A DNA stretch of 64,000 nucleotides from Escherichia phage IrisVonRoten, in the sequence record MZ501075. One strand, given 5' to 3'. This document shows positions 40,396-49,542 of this stretch, in pieces. How positions within the stretch are numbered: position 1 is the stretch's first letter; every line of letters begins with the position of its first letter. The translations under genes were made by a program, and so were the position numbers. A model generated the notes under the pieces. It was not told where the DNA came from and ran no database searches. It saw nothing but the letters and a program-made list of their open reading frames with translations.

Positions 40396-41167
40396 TATTA
40401 TTTTTCTCCAATAGTTCTTTAATCGACAGGATTTCTATCCCATTCGTTTCGGCTTTCTTATAAGATGAGGAAGAACGCTTCGATTCATCCTCACAGATTA
40501 GGTATTTGACGTCTTTGGTAACGGATTTCTTAACCGTATATCCTAGACCTTCTAAATAGTTTGTTGCATCCGTTCTATTTGCAAAATCTTGCAAAGATCC
40601 GGTAATACATACCGTTATTCCGTTTGGTTGGGCTACTAGACCATCAGTGATGATGACCTCAGCTTTAGCACCTTTAATACCAGTTGTGAATTTCCACGGT
40701 AATTCGATAACATCCTTGCCTTGTGGGGAATTTAGCCAGGCTTTATAATTTTCTCCAGCTCTGCCATCAGCTCTCACATCTTGAAAACTGGTGCAATTTT
40801 GGGACAATTTCTTTGCTGCAACCTCTCCGATTAGAGGGATTCCTAAAGAACCGAGAACTGAACCAAAGTCAATGTCTCCGCGAACTTTATTATTTAATTC
40901 GCTAATTAACTTAGCGGCAACCTTGCTACCCACGACTCTAACCAAATCTTCTTCGGTTAGGTAAAATAGTTCTGAAATCTTCGTCAGCTCCAGCTTCTCA
41001 ATAGTTTTTGGGCCAAAGCCCTTTAACTTCATTTTTGTACAGAAGTTCTCAATTAACTTACTTGATTGCGCTGGACAGTTGGACTTATTACGACAGAATA
41101 ATTGTCCGTTGACAAGATCTAGTTTAGAACCACAAGAGGGACATTGTGTTGGAATTTCGATTTTCAT
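40388..41167 (-). CDS. NAD-dependent DNA ligase, C-terminal subunit (Zn-finger/HhH/BRCT part)
   Basis: ~259 aa from ATG 41167; CPSCGSKL..C zinc finger, helix-hairpin-helix segments, C-terminal BRCT-like region. Confidence 0.7.
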   Translation of the reverse strand: MKIEIPTQCPSCGSKLDLVNGQLFCRNKSNCPAQSSKLIENFCTKMKLKGFGPKTIEKLELTKISELFYLTEEDLVRVVGSKVAAKLISELNNKVRGDIDFGSVLGSLGIPLIGEVAAKKLSQNCTSFQDVRADGRAGENYKAWLNSPQGKDVIELPWKFTTGIKGAKAEVIITDGLVAQPNGITVCITGSLQDFANRTDATNYLEGLGYTVKKSVTKDVKYLICEDESKRSSSSYKKAETNGIEILSIKELLEKNNNV

Positions 41168-41197
41168 CAAATTTCTTCCTTATCAATTTATATAAAT

Positions 41198-41226
41198 ATT
41201 ATAGCAAGTATTTAAGCATTTAGCAA
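41198..41226 (-). promoter_or_regulatory. T5 early-type promoter inside the ligase split
   Basis: minus-sense TTGCTA-N17-TATAAT followed by RBS AAGGAAG and the C-terminal ligase subunit start. Confidence 0.5.
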
Positions 41227-41369
41227 CTACAATTTTAACTAACTTTGCTTACCCTCGCCATAACTTTCTATCCCTCAACTGAATGATAATAGTATATACC
41301 TAAGCGGCGAAAATGTCAATAACCACTTTATAATTCCGATATGGTAGATGGGTAGCAAAGGGTTGTGTA

Positions 41370-42344
41370 TTAATCGTATACTCGCTCTACTATGCACGGG
41401 ATTACACCACCAGCACGAATCACTCGAATCTGGCAACCGATCTCTAGATCAAGAGAGTTAATATAATCAACGTTATTAAGAGTCGCTTTAACAATTGTAG
41501 CATCATCAATAATTACCGGTTCGAAATAACCAACTGGAGTTACTTTACCAGAAGCCCCTACCTGCCATTCAACTTTAGTAAGAGTTGTAATCTCGCCTTC
41601 TTCATCCTCTTTAATAGCGAATGCTCCACGAGGGAATTTATTAGTCCAGCCTTCGCGGAAGAATTTGTTGTTGTCATTAATACGAACAACTTTACCGTCC
41701 GTTGGAATCCATTTAAAGAAGGAACGCACATTAACAACTGTTAAGAAGTTCTCATTCTCTAGCCAAAGCATATCTTTTAAATATGCTTCTGTAATACCCA
41801 CAGATTCAGCAGAACATTGGATACCATAAGCAACAAAGATTAAACCACCTTCCCCAATACGTTGTACGAAATCATCGCTATCTTTGAGGTTAATAGCACC
41901 AGAGGCAAAGTTACGTTTATTTTCTACTTCTTTTGTAATTAGAACTTCACCAGTGATTTGAGTAGGTACTTTTTGGGAAATCTTTTTAGGAATGTTCAGC
42001 AATCTTACGTTGCTTGTGACATCATTCCCCAGAATACCATTACCACGAGTTAGTGCTTGAACAAATTCACCGTTAATATATAACAGAGAAATTGCACAAC
42101 CATCTAACTTATCGGTTTCCACCTGACCTAAAGGATTGAAGGGTGGTTTATCACCACGGTTATAGTAAACTTTCTGTAAAGAATACATACGATATAGATG
42201 TGGAATATCACCCTTAGGCCCGATCTCTTCCTCTAACGGGAAGCGTTTTACCAGGCAATCATACTCCTCATCAGAGATTAAAGACATGCCTTGATAATAT
42301 GCTTCTTGACAACGCTTAATAAAGCCTTTTACATTATTCATCAT
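41370..42344 (-). CDS. NAD-dependent DNA ligase, N-terminal adenylation subunit
   Basis: 324 aa; adenylation motif TDKLDGCAISL (KxDG), OB-fold region; ends with stop 199 bp upstream of the C-terminal subunit start. Confidence 0.7.
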   Translation of the reverse strand: MMNNVKGFIKRCQEAYYQGMSLISDEEYDCLVKRFPLEEEIGPKGDIPHLYRMYSLQKVYYNRGDKPPFNPLGQVETDKLDGCAISLLYINGEFVQALTRGNGILGNDVTSNVRLLNIPKKISQKVPTQITGEVLITKEVENKRNFASGAINLKDSDDFVQRIGEGGLIFVAYGIQCSAESVGITEAYLKDMLWLENENFLTVVNVRSFFKWIPTDGKVVRINDNNKFFREGWTNKFPRGAFAIKEDEEGEITTLTKVEWQVGASGKVTPVGYFEPVIIDDATIVKATLNNVDYINSLDLEIGCQIRVIRAGGVIPCIVERVYD

Positions 42345-42552
42345 CGGCGATTTCCATCTTGAGTTCTTTATTATATTGTGTAACCATATCCATCAAATCA
42401 GCAGATTCTTTCAGAAACGCATCTTTGTACACCTTTTGATTTACTGTGCCTATGTTATCCTGATAATTAATGCGTGCTGTGGAAAGTAGATTAAGTTTTG
42501 CTTGAATCTTGGGAAGTGTTACTGTCATTGCCATGATTGATCCTCTTATCAA
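42334..42552 (-). CDS. hypothetical small protein
   Basis: 72-aa ORF with RBS AGAGGA and own upstream promoter. Confidence 0.3.
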   Translation of the reverse strand: MIRGSIMAMTVTLPKIQAKLNLLSTARINYQDNIGTVNQKVYKDAFLKESADLMDMVTQYNKELKMEIADDE

Positions 42553-42563
42553 TTTATATAAAT

Positions 42564-42592
42564 ATTATATAACAAAACTGAGTTGAAAGCAA
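42564..42592 (-). promoter_or_regulatory. T5 early-type promoter
   Basis: minus-sense TTGCTT-N17-TATAAT. Confidence 0.5.
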
Positions 42593-42619
42593 ATACATTT
42601 ATAAAGAAAAAGCCAAGAA

Positions 42620-42928
42620 CTAGGCATTCTTGGCTTTGAGTTCTTCAGCTCGTTTCTGTACTTCATGTAAAACCTCAGATTCGCTAAGAATCTGTGTAAA
42701 CGCATAGAAAAGCTGTGATGTTGTTTCTAGGGTGTAAGGAAAAGAGAAGCCAGATTTCGTTGGAAACCATTCATCATTAATATCAAGAAGCCAGTAACGA
42801 ATACCCATGTATAGATTCCCACGAAATTCAGATACTGTTAATCTTACTTGTTCCCCCTCCTTCTCCCAAAGTATGATGGACTGGTCATCAACGTGTCCTT
42901 CATAGTTTTGATTTACCTGTTCGCTCAT
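42620..42928 (-). CDS. PC4-like ssDNA-binding protein
   Basis: 102 aa; IILWEKEGEQVRLTVSEFRGNLYMGIRYW fits the PC4/YdbC fold pattern; a PC4-like protein has been described in T5 (recalled, not verified here). Confidence 0.45.
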   Translation of the reverse strand: MSEQVNQNYEGHVDDQSIILWEKEGEQVRLTVSEFRGNLYMGIRYWLLDINDEWFPTKSGFSFPYTLETTSQLFYAFTQILSESEVLHEVQKRAEELKAKNA

Positions 42929-42944
42929 TTACATATCCCAAATA

Positions 42945-42970
42945 CACAAAAAGCCCCATATAGGGGCTAA
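42945..42970 (-). terminator. rho-independent terminator (minus strand)
   Basis: minus-sense AGCCCC-TATAT-GGGGCT followed by TTTTTGTG. Confidence 0.5.
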
Positions 42971-42978
42971 TTGTTTTC

Positions 42979-43275
42979 TTATCGGCCTACTGGAGAAGCA
43001 CGATCTAACTCTGATTGGAGGCTAGTCACACGACGAACTTTCTCGACAGGAATAAAACGGAAGCTATCATTAGTACGAGAGAAGACAAGGATTTCATCAT
43101 CTTTCGCTTTACGAATACGTTCACGTTTAATACGCTCAGCCAGATATTTATCCTGGGCTGGATCAAATTCCATTGTACCCTGAAGGTACGTGGTTCCTTT
43201 CTGACGAAGTTTCTCGTAATGAAGATAAAACTCACCAAATTTTTCACACTGTGCGATAATTTCAGCTTTGGTCAT
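42979..43275 (-). CDS. hypothetical protein
   Basis: 98-aa ORF, basic/charged. Confidence 0.3.
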   Translation of the reverse strand: MTKAEIIAQCEKFGEFYLHYEKLRQKGTTYLQGTMEFDPAQDKYLAERIKRERIRKAKDDEILVFSRTNDSFRFIPVEKVRRVTSLQSELDRASPVGR

Positions 43276-43312
43276 AACTGTAGTTCCTTTTGTTGGTGGA
43301 TTTATCTAAATA

Positions 43313-43723
43313 TTACTTAGTGATAGCTCGGATTGCTTCTGCCAGATGAGCAGCCGCTTTACCGGTCAGTTTGTCGATAATTGCATCATCCAGAAAATCT
43401 GGTGCTAAGCCAGCATCAGAGAACGCTGAACGAAGGTCGGCATGAGCTTGGGCTTTGGAGGTGCGAGAACCACCGGAAGCTTTTTCTCCAGTAGATGCGC
43501 TAGATTTAGAAGTAGAACCAGCAGCTTTCTTAATATACAAACCTGCTTTAGTCAGCTTCATACGAAAACCGTTCGGAGTTACACCATTTTCCTGGGCAAT
43601 TTCACTAACAATTTCCATGCTAACACTCGGACGTTCATCCTCTGGGAATTGCTCCATACGAGCAACGTATTCGGAAGACATTTTTTCGAACAGTTCATCA
43701 GTCCACTGAGTTGGAGTAGTCAT
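43313..43723 (-). CDS. hypothetical protein with HTH-like repeat related to the D5-like protein
   Basis: 136 aa; EIVSEIAQENGVTPNGFRMKLTKAGL resembles repeats in ORF 39628-40395; RBS AAGGAAA; own promoter. Confidence 0.35.
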   Translation of the reverse strand: MTTPTQWTDELFEKMSSEYVARMEQFPEDERPSVSMEIVSEIAQENGVTPNGFRMKLTKAGLYIKKAAGSTSKSSASTGEKASGGSRTSKAQAHADLRSAFSDAGLAPDFLDDAIIDKLTGKAAAHLAEAIRAITK

Positions 43724-43780
43724 ATTTTATATTTCCTTAATTAAGAATTAAACAGAATAGTTCTTTCAAACTATGAGAAT

Positions 43781-43809
43781 ATTATATCAAGAATTGTAGG
43801 ATTAAGCAA
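43781..43809 (-). promoter_or_regulatory. T5 early-type promoter
   Basis: minus-sense TTGCTT-N17-TATAAT. Confidence 0.5.
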
Positions 43810-43829
43810 CTGAAATTTTTAAGTAGTTA

Positions 43830-44102
43830 CTACACCAGGCCAACAGCGAGCATATCATCAATGCTGGCAGCCTCCCAATCGTCCGCAATAGCTTCACATA
43901 CTGTTAATGAAACAACTTCGCTATACGGATAGTTACCAGCTACCCAAGTATGCTGAGTAGCTACATCCGAGTCAGCGTCTAAAGTTAGTAACACTAAGCC
44001 ATTATTGTCATTATCCCAGCTTCTACGATATAGAGTTTTTACTTCTCCATCTTTAAGTAAATCAGTTAGTTTACTCACGGCGTTTTCCTTTTTCTTTATC
44101 AA
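43830..44102 (-). CDS. hypothetical protein
   Basis: 90-aa ORF. Confidence 0.3.
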   Translation of the reverse strand: MIKKKENAVSKLTDLLKDGEVKTLYRRSWDNDNNGLVLLTLDADSDVATQHTWVAGNYPYSEVVSLTVCEAIADDWEAASIDDMLAVGLV

Positions 44103-44775
44103 GTTTCAAGGCAGCCTTAACAGCTTCGTTAATCAACGTAATAACTTCTTCACGAGTCCACTTGTACCCCAGGGATTTTACGTCAACCCCTAACTTTTCC
44201 AGATGTTTAACAGAAGCCAGCTCGTAATTCATATAATGAACGTTCTGTTGTTTGCCTTCTGATAGAAGCCATACACGGTAACAACCAACAGGATTATCCA
44301 TTGCTTTTTTGATTTCACCGATACACTGGTATCCAGGAACCCAAACAAGCTCGCCTATCTCAAATTCTTCTGCTACAGCATCGTCAGGAATAATTGGAGG
44401 ATTCAATGGGTCTACAATATCGTTCAAACGAAGTAGAGCACCATATCGTTCCAGGACAGATTTAACCATTGCTACAGAGCGATAATTACGATCAGCAATC
44501 TCTTCAAAAGAATCACCAGATAAATACTGTTCAATAACGTTAGCTAACTCGATGCCTTCAATGAGTGTACCACGTTTCTTTTTCTTCATCTCGGCAACTT
44601 GAATTTGGCGATCTTGCCATTCTTCAATCATCCTTTCCATAGTTGGATTGGATGATACGCCGAGCATTTCGCATGCTGCTTTCTTAGTACCACCGTTTTC
44701 CAGATGCTCTATAACTTTTTTAAAGACTTCATCCGGGATTTCATGGATATGTTTCTTTCTGCGAGAACCAGCCAT
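44071..44775 (-). CDS. putative HTH DNA-binding regulator
   Basis: 234 aa; N-terminal HTH-like segment GTKKAACEMLGVSSNPTMERMIEEW; first gene downstream of PN25-like promoter. Confidence 0.35.
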   Translation of the reverse strand: MAGSRRKKHIHEIPDEVFKKVIEHLENGGTKKAACEMLGVSSNPTMERMIEEWQDRQIQVAEMKKKKRGTLIEGIELANVIEQYLSGDSFEEIADRNYRSVAMVKSVLERYGALLRLNDIVDPLNPPIIPDDAVAEEFEIGELVWVPGYQCIGEIKKAMDNPVGCYRVWLLSEGKQQNVHYMNYELASVKHLEKLGVDVKSLGYKWTREEVITLINEAVKAALKLDKEKGKRRE

Positions 44776-44806
44776 ATTTAAACTCCTCTCTCAAATTTAT
44801 GAATCT

Positions 44807-44835
44807 ATTATACAGAAAAATTTTCCTGAAAGCAA
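44807..44835 (-). promoter_or_regulatory. T5 PN25-like early promoter
   Basis: minus-sense AAAATTTATTTGCTTTCAGGAAAATTTTTCTGTATAATAGATTCATAAATTTGAGAGAGGAG matches the T5 PN25 promoter sequence as I recall it; TTGCTT-N17-TATAAT. Confidence 0.75.
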
Positions 44836-44843
44836 ATAAATTT

Positions 44844-45077
44844 TTACGATTCCTTGAGCAAAGAAGAAAGTTCAGCATATACTTTATCTAACTCAAACCC
44901 TATGCGAAGAGATACGTTAGTCCTCCGTTGTTTAAGTAACCACTCGGATATGTTAGGGATACCAGCTAATCTATGTGGTACCACTCTACATAGCTTTTCC
45001 GAAGTATCATAAACAGGAACTTTACGTTCTTTTACTGGAAACTTCCTTGTTTCCCATTTTTTATTCTTCACTGTCAT
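44844..45077 (-). CDS. hypothetical small protein
   Basis: ~77 aa from ATG 45077 with RBS GGAGAGAT (track ORF extends to 45185 inside the neighbouring gene). Confidence 0.3.
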   Translation of the reverse strand: MTVKNKKWETRKFPVKERKVPVYDTSEKLCRVVPHRLAGIPNISEWLLKQRRTNVSLRIGFELDKVYAELSSLLKES

Positions 45078-45591
45078 ATCTCTCCGAGGGATTAAATTCA
45101 CCAAACAATTCTTTAACTCCCCTAAGGTATAGCTGATGGGCTTCTTCCGGGGTATCTCGTCTACCAAAAATATGCTGCTTTCCATCGCAGTAAGCGTAGG
45201 CCATATACCTATTACCTCGTTTTACAACTCCAGTGAATCCGGTAGAATTAGTAGAACACTTCTTATTCTTTCCATTTTCGGAATAGGTAGCCTTACGTAA
45301 ATTATCCCACAAGTTGTTTAAACTATCACCGTCTTTATGGTCGATAGTTTTATCTCCAGGATCTTCGCCTGTCTTTATAAACCAGATTATTCTATGGGCT
45401 AAGTAAGCTGTCCGCTCCCCATTTATCGTAAACTCTAACTGTCTCCCAGTTTTCATTTTGGAGCCCGCTACCTTTCCCTTCCTTGGGCCAGATAACCAAA
45501 TTAAGTCCCCAGTACTTTCGTCATACCTAAGCTTTTCTAGGATAAATTCCATAGGAGGCATTGGTTTATGCATCTTCATTAGTTGCTCCAA
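45061..45591 (-). CDS. HNH homing endonuclease with AP2-like DNA-binding domain
   Basis: 176 aa; HNH segment IDHKDGDSLNNLWDNLR; AP2-like segment STGFTGVVKRGNRYMAYAY. Confidence 0.55.
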   Translation of the reverse strand: MEQLMKMHKPMPPMEFILEKLRYDESTGDLIWLSGPRKGKVAGSKMKTGRQLEFTINGERTAYLAHRIIWFIKTGEDPGDKTIDHKDGDSLNNLWDNLRKATYSENGKNKKCSTNSTGFTGVVKRGNRYMAYAYCDGKQHIFGRRDTPEEAHQLYLRGVKELFGEFNPSERYDSEE

Positions 45592-48352
45592 GTTCGGACA
45601 TTACTTCTTCTGCCATAGCTTTCTCCTCCTCTGTCATGAATTTGAAAGGAATTGGCATACACTCTATTTTACAATAGGTTCTGTACCAGTCTACGATATT
45701 CTCCGTGTTCATATCTTTACCAATACCCATCATACCAAGATACATTCTAGCATATTTTGGGTTCGCACTCTGACCTGTTTTAAGGAAGAAGTCCTTCTTC
45801 TTACCTTTCAGAGCTTCTATGAATGGTTTAATGGTCACATTTGAACATTTCTTAATATCTTCCCAGAACATCTCGTGCATCTTATGGAAGAATGCAGCTC
45901 GATCATTCGGCTTATCTTTGATATATTGTTCAACATGCTCAACTGTTACATCTTTAATAGACTCAAGATGATAGTAGCGAACAAGAAGTAGTTTAGCTTC
46001 ATACGCATCCACATGACGTGGAGCACAATAATCCGGAGTTGAATGTAGAATAGCTTTGATTCGCTCTTCTGTGTACTCTTTACCAGCACCTTCAATAGTT
46101 CCCCAGCTTTCGCTGAAAATATCAATAGTTGCACCCTGATCAAGCAAGTAATAACGTAAGGTACTAGTATAGTTTCTAGATTCCAGCTCCCTGCGACGTG
46201 CATATAATTGCTGTGCTAACTCCAGCCAACCCTCATCAATATTATATTGTTCAGAACCTGCAGAGAATCCACTCGTAGATTTATCAATAAAATAATAGAT
46301 ATTCTGAGCACCACGGTCGCGCCTGATTGCTTGAAAACGCATGTTTGGCGCTTGATTACTAGTTCTCGTAATAACAAATACGTTATCGAAGTAGTTGAAG
46401 TCAACGCCACTCGTTACGGATGGACTACATAATAAGCAATCAATTTGTTGATCAATTAGCTCATTAGTTGTGTAATCCAGAATACGTCTAATATCCACAT
46501 CAGATGTAGAGTTTGAATGGATTTCCTTAACTAACGCACCAGTATTGCGACGTAGTGCCATACCCTTCTCATTAAGCTCATCAGGCCCACAATCAGATAC
46601 TAGAATAGATTTCTCACCCATCTCTAGAGAAGTCTGAAGTGCAACCCAAATACTGGACTCATCAGGGAACTCATAAGCATGAGCTTTTGACAGCATTTTA
46701 CGGTGATGATTGTAAAATGCTACTGGTTTATCGAACTCAATCAAAGAACCATATGCTTCAATTGTTTCAGCACTAATATCACCATCTGATAGTATAATGA
46801 TTTTTGCAGTTGCAAGAATATCACGAAGAACCTGAATACACTCACGACGTTGCTTAACAACCGGGGCGAATAATAGGTCATTCATTACTGCATCACATTC
46901 ATCTATAAAGATTGCATCAATTTGACCAATAAAACTCTTAAACTTATGCAAAGAGTGAATGGTTGTGGACATACGGTCAATAGCACCACGCTTGAAATTA
47001 AGCATATCTACAGACTTATCATATTGTCCTGCACTAAATTTCTTAGCATTTGAAGATACCAGTGCTCTAGTGTTGGTAATTGCTAAGAAATTACCTTTAA
47101 TAACTCCTGAATCCAGCCAACGAACAACAGCTGTTGTTTTACCCGTGCCTAGACTTGCTTTTACAAAAGTCATATAGCCTTCTGGTGGTACAGTATTTAA
47201 TTTCAAGAAGTTGTCGGTCTCTAGTGAATTAGTTTCTAGCTTTTTAAGGGGGATACCTTTTAATATTTCAGGGATCTCACGCTTAGAGTTATTCACAAAG
47301 GCTTTTAATGCCTGCTTCCGTCCGTTATTGAAATAATCCTGAATATTACGGCTATTATCTTTAGTTGCAATATATTCTGATAAAGCTGGGCGGATTTCTT
47401 TTTCTAGCCAACCAAAATCTACCCCATCCTCTAACGCTCGGTGATATAGCTTTGGAATAATACGTAAGTATACCCCATCATCAGCCTCTTCTAGCTCACT
47501 GATAGTTTCCTCTACTTTATCAGAGGCAGCTTTTTTACCTTTAATTTGATCGAGTAAAGAGTAGAATTCCTCTTTAAACTCTCCTCTAGTTGTTTCATAG
47601 TCAACTAGATTATTAGGTAAATTTACTTTTGAGCCTTTAACAAATACCAGACGTGAAGCACCCTCCGCTTTAAACGGATCAACTATACCATCAGTAAATA
47701 AAGGATCTGCAAAATAGTGGAGCTGTACGGAAGAGTAATAAGCTAAGTCGGCAATATCAAAGCCATACTTTTGTCTACTACTTTCGTTGATAGATGTAAA
47801 TAAGAACTTGATCTGACCCTGTGTAACTTTAACATTAGATTCTAGTATTAAGTGCATTCGGATACCTGGTTTTAGTCCAGCCGAAGACGATGCATGAGCA
47901 ATAAACCCTGCATCAAGAGGAAACATATCCTCACTAATACTATTCAACATCCTAATAATAAGACGCGCCATGCCAACAAGATCAAACTTGTTACAACCTC
48001 CTGTATCTACAATACCATCCACATCCATTGCGATTATATGACTTGGATTAGATACATTAAAGTTGCCCTTCTTACGTCGCACATTATTTTTGGGTGCAAG
48101 ACATCGACCTCGCACCGCAACGATATGAGGGTCAGACGTTAAACGTCTCATAAGAGGAAGCATTTCTACTAGGGTTTGAGGATCAACTTCGTCAATTACA
48201 TCAAACTTGAAGGGCATTGAAGCTGGTTTACCTTCAGGATGCTTTGAGGAAAATCTTTTAGCAAAAAGATAATCTTCTGCTTTAACTTCTCGCCAATTGC
48301 CTGTGGCTAAATCGCGATGAAATCCTGCATGACCTTGTAGGATTGAAAACAC
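45566..48352 (-). CDS. large replication protein: N-terminal primase-like (AEP DxD) region plus Walker A/B ATPase/helicase
   Basis: Walker A ASLGTGKTT, Walker B FIDECDAV; N-terminal IIAMDVDG (DxD); start uncertain, proposed GTG at 48352 preceded by AGGAG (track ORF begins at 48430). Confidence 0.5.
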   Translation of the reverse strand: MFSILQGHAGFHRDLATGNWREVKAEDYLFAKRFSSKHPEGKPASMPFKFDVIDEVDPQTLVEMLPLMRRLTSDPHIVAVRGRCLAPKNNVRRKKGNFNVSNPSHIIAMDVDGIVDTGGCNKFDLVGMARLIIRMLNSISEDMFPLDAGFIAHASSSAGLKPGIRMHLILESNVKVTQGQIKFLFTSINESSRQKYGFDIADLAYYSSVQLHYFADPLFTDGIVDPFKAEGASRLVFVKGSKVNLPNNLVDYETTRGEFKEEFYSLLDQIKGKKAASDKVEETISELEEADDGVYLRIIPKLYHRALEDGVDFGWLEKEIRPALSEYIATKDNSRNIQDYFNNGRKQALKAFVNNSKREIPEILKGIPLKKLETNSLETDNFLKLNTVPPEGYMTFVKASLGTGKTTAVVRWLDSGVIKGNFLAITNTRALVSSNAKKFSAGQYDKSVDMLNFKRGAIDRMSTTIHSLHKFKSFIGQIDAIFIDECDAVMNDLLFAPVVKQRRECIQVLRDILATAKIIILSDGDISAETIEAYGSLIEFDKPVAFYNHHRKMLSKAHAYEFPDESSIWVALQTSLEMGEKSILVSDCGPDELNEKGMALRRNTGALVKEIHSNSTSDVDIRRILDYTTNELIDQQIDCLLCSPSVTSGVDFNYFDNVFVITRTSNQAPNMRFQAIRRDRGAQNIYYFIDKSTSGFSAGSEQYNIDEGWLELAQQLYARRRELESRNYTSTLRYYLLDQGATIDIFSESWGTIEGAGKEYTEERIKAILHSTPDYCAPRHVDAYEAKLLLVRYYHLESIKDVTVEHVEQYIKDKPNDRAAFFHKMHEMFWEDIKKCSNVTIKPFIEALKGKKKDFFLKTGQSANPKYARMYLGMMGIGKDMNTENIVDWYRTYCKIECMPIPFKFMTEEEKAMAEEVMSELGATNEDA

Positions 48353-48853
48353 AACAATACTCCTGTGTTGGAAATGAAATAAGTTTTCTTTAGGACTATT
48401 CAGAAAGAATAGAACAACTGTTACTGTCAATTTCTCAACAAATTAATTGCAAATACTGAAGTGGGGTGGCAACTTCCACTTTCACGCTGCGCTGCTGCCT
48501 CATTATATCGCACAAATCCTTGAGGATGGCCGCTAAGCCAGATTTGCTCACCTAATGCTTCATATACTAGCTCATACTAGATGCAATATAACTTACAGAA
48601 TCACGTCTCGGTAGTTTTTCACTCCTCCCATCTCACTTCACAACCACCTCATACTAGGTTGCTTCGAGGCCTTACCAGGGTTCCTATGGGACGCAGATCG
48701 CTAAGTATTCTATTAACTATTTGTTTAAAAACTAACACGTAACAGTTAAAACAACCCTTAATGGGGCAGCCTAACTGTTCCGTATCGCGGATTGTAAACA
48801 AGAAAAATTAGTAAAACCAATTTTTACTAATGTCTCTCAATTCAATATAAATA

Positions 48854-48881
48854 TTATATCAAGATTTTGAGTATCATGCAA
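48854..48881 (-). promoter_or_regulatory. T5 early-type promoter preceding an ORF-free ~500-nt region
   Basis: minus-sense TTGCAT-N16-TATAAT with conserved downstream ATTTATATTGAATTGAGAGA. Confidence 0.4.
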
Positions 48882-48918
48882 GTAAAATTTTCCGGATGGT
48901 GCTATCAGTGTCTTTGAG

Positions 48919-48945
48919 TACAGAGAAAACCGAGCCAAAATGACT
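48919..48945 (-). terminator. putative terminator (minus strand)
   Basis: minus-sense AACCGAG-9nt-CTCGGTT followed by TTCTCTG. Confidence 0.4.
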
Positions 48946-48957
48946 CGGTTATACGGA

Positions 48958-49152
48958 TTAATCATAAAAAAGACCACGAATAGTATTAGCAAATTTAAGT
49001 ATAATAGCGCGGTTTGAGCTACTTAACTTTTTAATATCGAAAGTGGGATCAGTCAAATATCTCGCCATAAATTTTACTTGTTTAGCGGAAAGTTGACCCT
49101 TATTCCACTTTTTAATTTTACCATAACATACCCAATATTCTTTATTCATCAT
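48958..49152 (-). CDS. hypothetical small protein
   Basis: 64-aa ORF. Confidence 0.3.
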   Translation of the reverse strand: MMNKEYWVCYGKIKKWNKGQLSAKQVKFMARYLTDPTFDIKKLSSSNRAIILKFANTIRGLFYD

Positions 49153-49534
49153 TTAGTCCCGGAACATAGATTCCAACACGATTTAATTGTTCTTTAGCTT
49201 CTTTGAGAATACCTGGAGTGTACTCCCAAATATCATCTTCCACCTGTAAAAGATGGGGCGAACAACCGTCACCAGGCACACGACATATGGCCAAACCACG
49301 TGGATGGAACAAAGAGAAATTTAGTGCAACAATTAAACCCATAGCAGACAATTCATTCCAATCCAATTCCCATTCCCTAGCGTAGCCTGATAGGAAAACA
49401 CCAACACAGGGATCATCTATTTGCTGCTCTGGAAAAGTGAAGGAGGCTTGTCTTACCCCCAACCAACGTTGTAGCAGCTTCTCCGCACGCTTCACCAAAC
49501 TAGGATCAATCTGACGCCAATATACTTGTTTCAT
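49142..49534 (-). CDS. hypothetical protein, tandem paralog A
   Basis: 130 aa; shares MGL[IV]xALN[FY]xLF.P and G[IY]x[VI]PGL motifs with the adjacent ORF 49543-49971. Confidence 0.4.
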   Translation of the reverse strand: MKQVYWRQIDPSLVKRAEKLLQRWLGVRQASFTFPEQQIDDPCVGVFLSGYAREWELDWNELSAMGLIVALNFSLFHPRGLAICRVPGDGCSPHLLQVEDDIWEYTPGILKEAKEQLNRVGIYVPGLNDE

Positions 49535-49542
49535 TGTGCCCC

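Noticed and set aside
39913-40422. 169-aa plus-strand ORF opposite the D5-like gene
   Set aside because: Antisense to a codon-optimised gene; Ser/Phe-rich low-complexity product.
48431-48957. Possible tRNA gene in the ORF-free region
   Set aside because: Looked for T-loop (GGTTCGAATCC-like), D-loop and acceptor-stem/CCA patterns on both strands; only a weak TTCGAGG match without a compatible cloverleaf. Not called as tRNA, though the region is kept as a finding.
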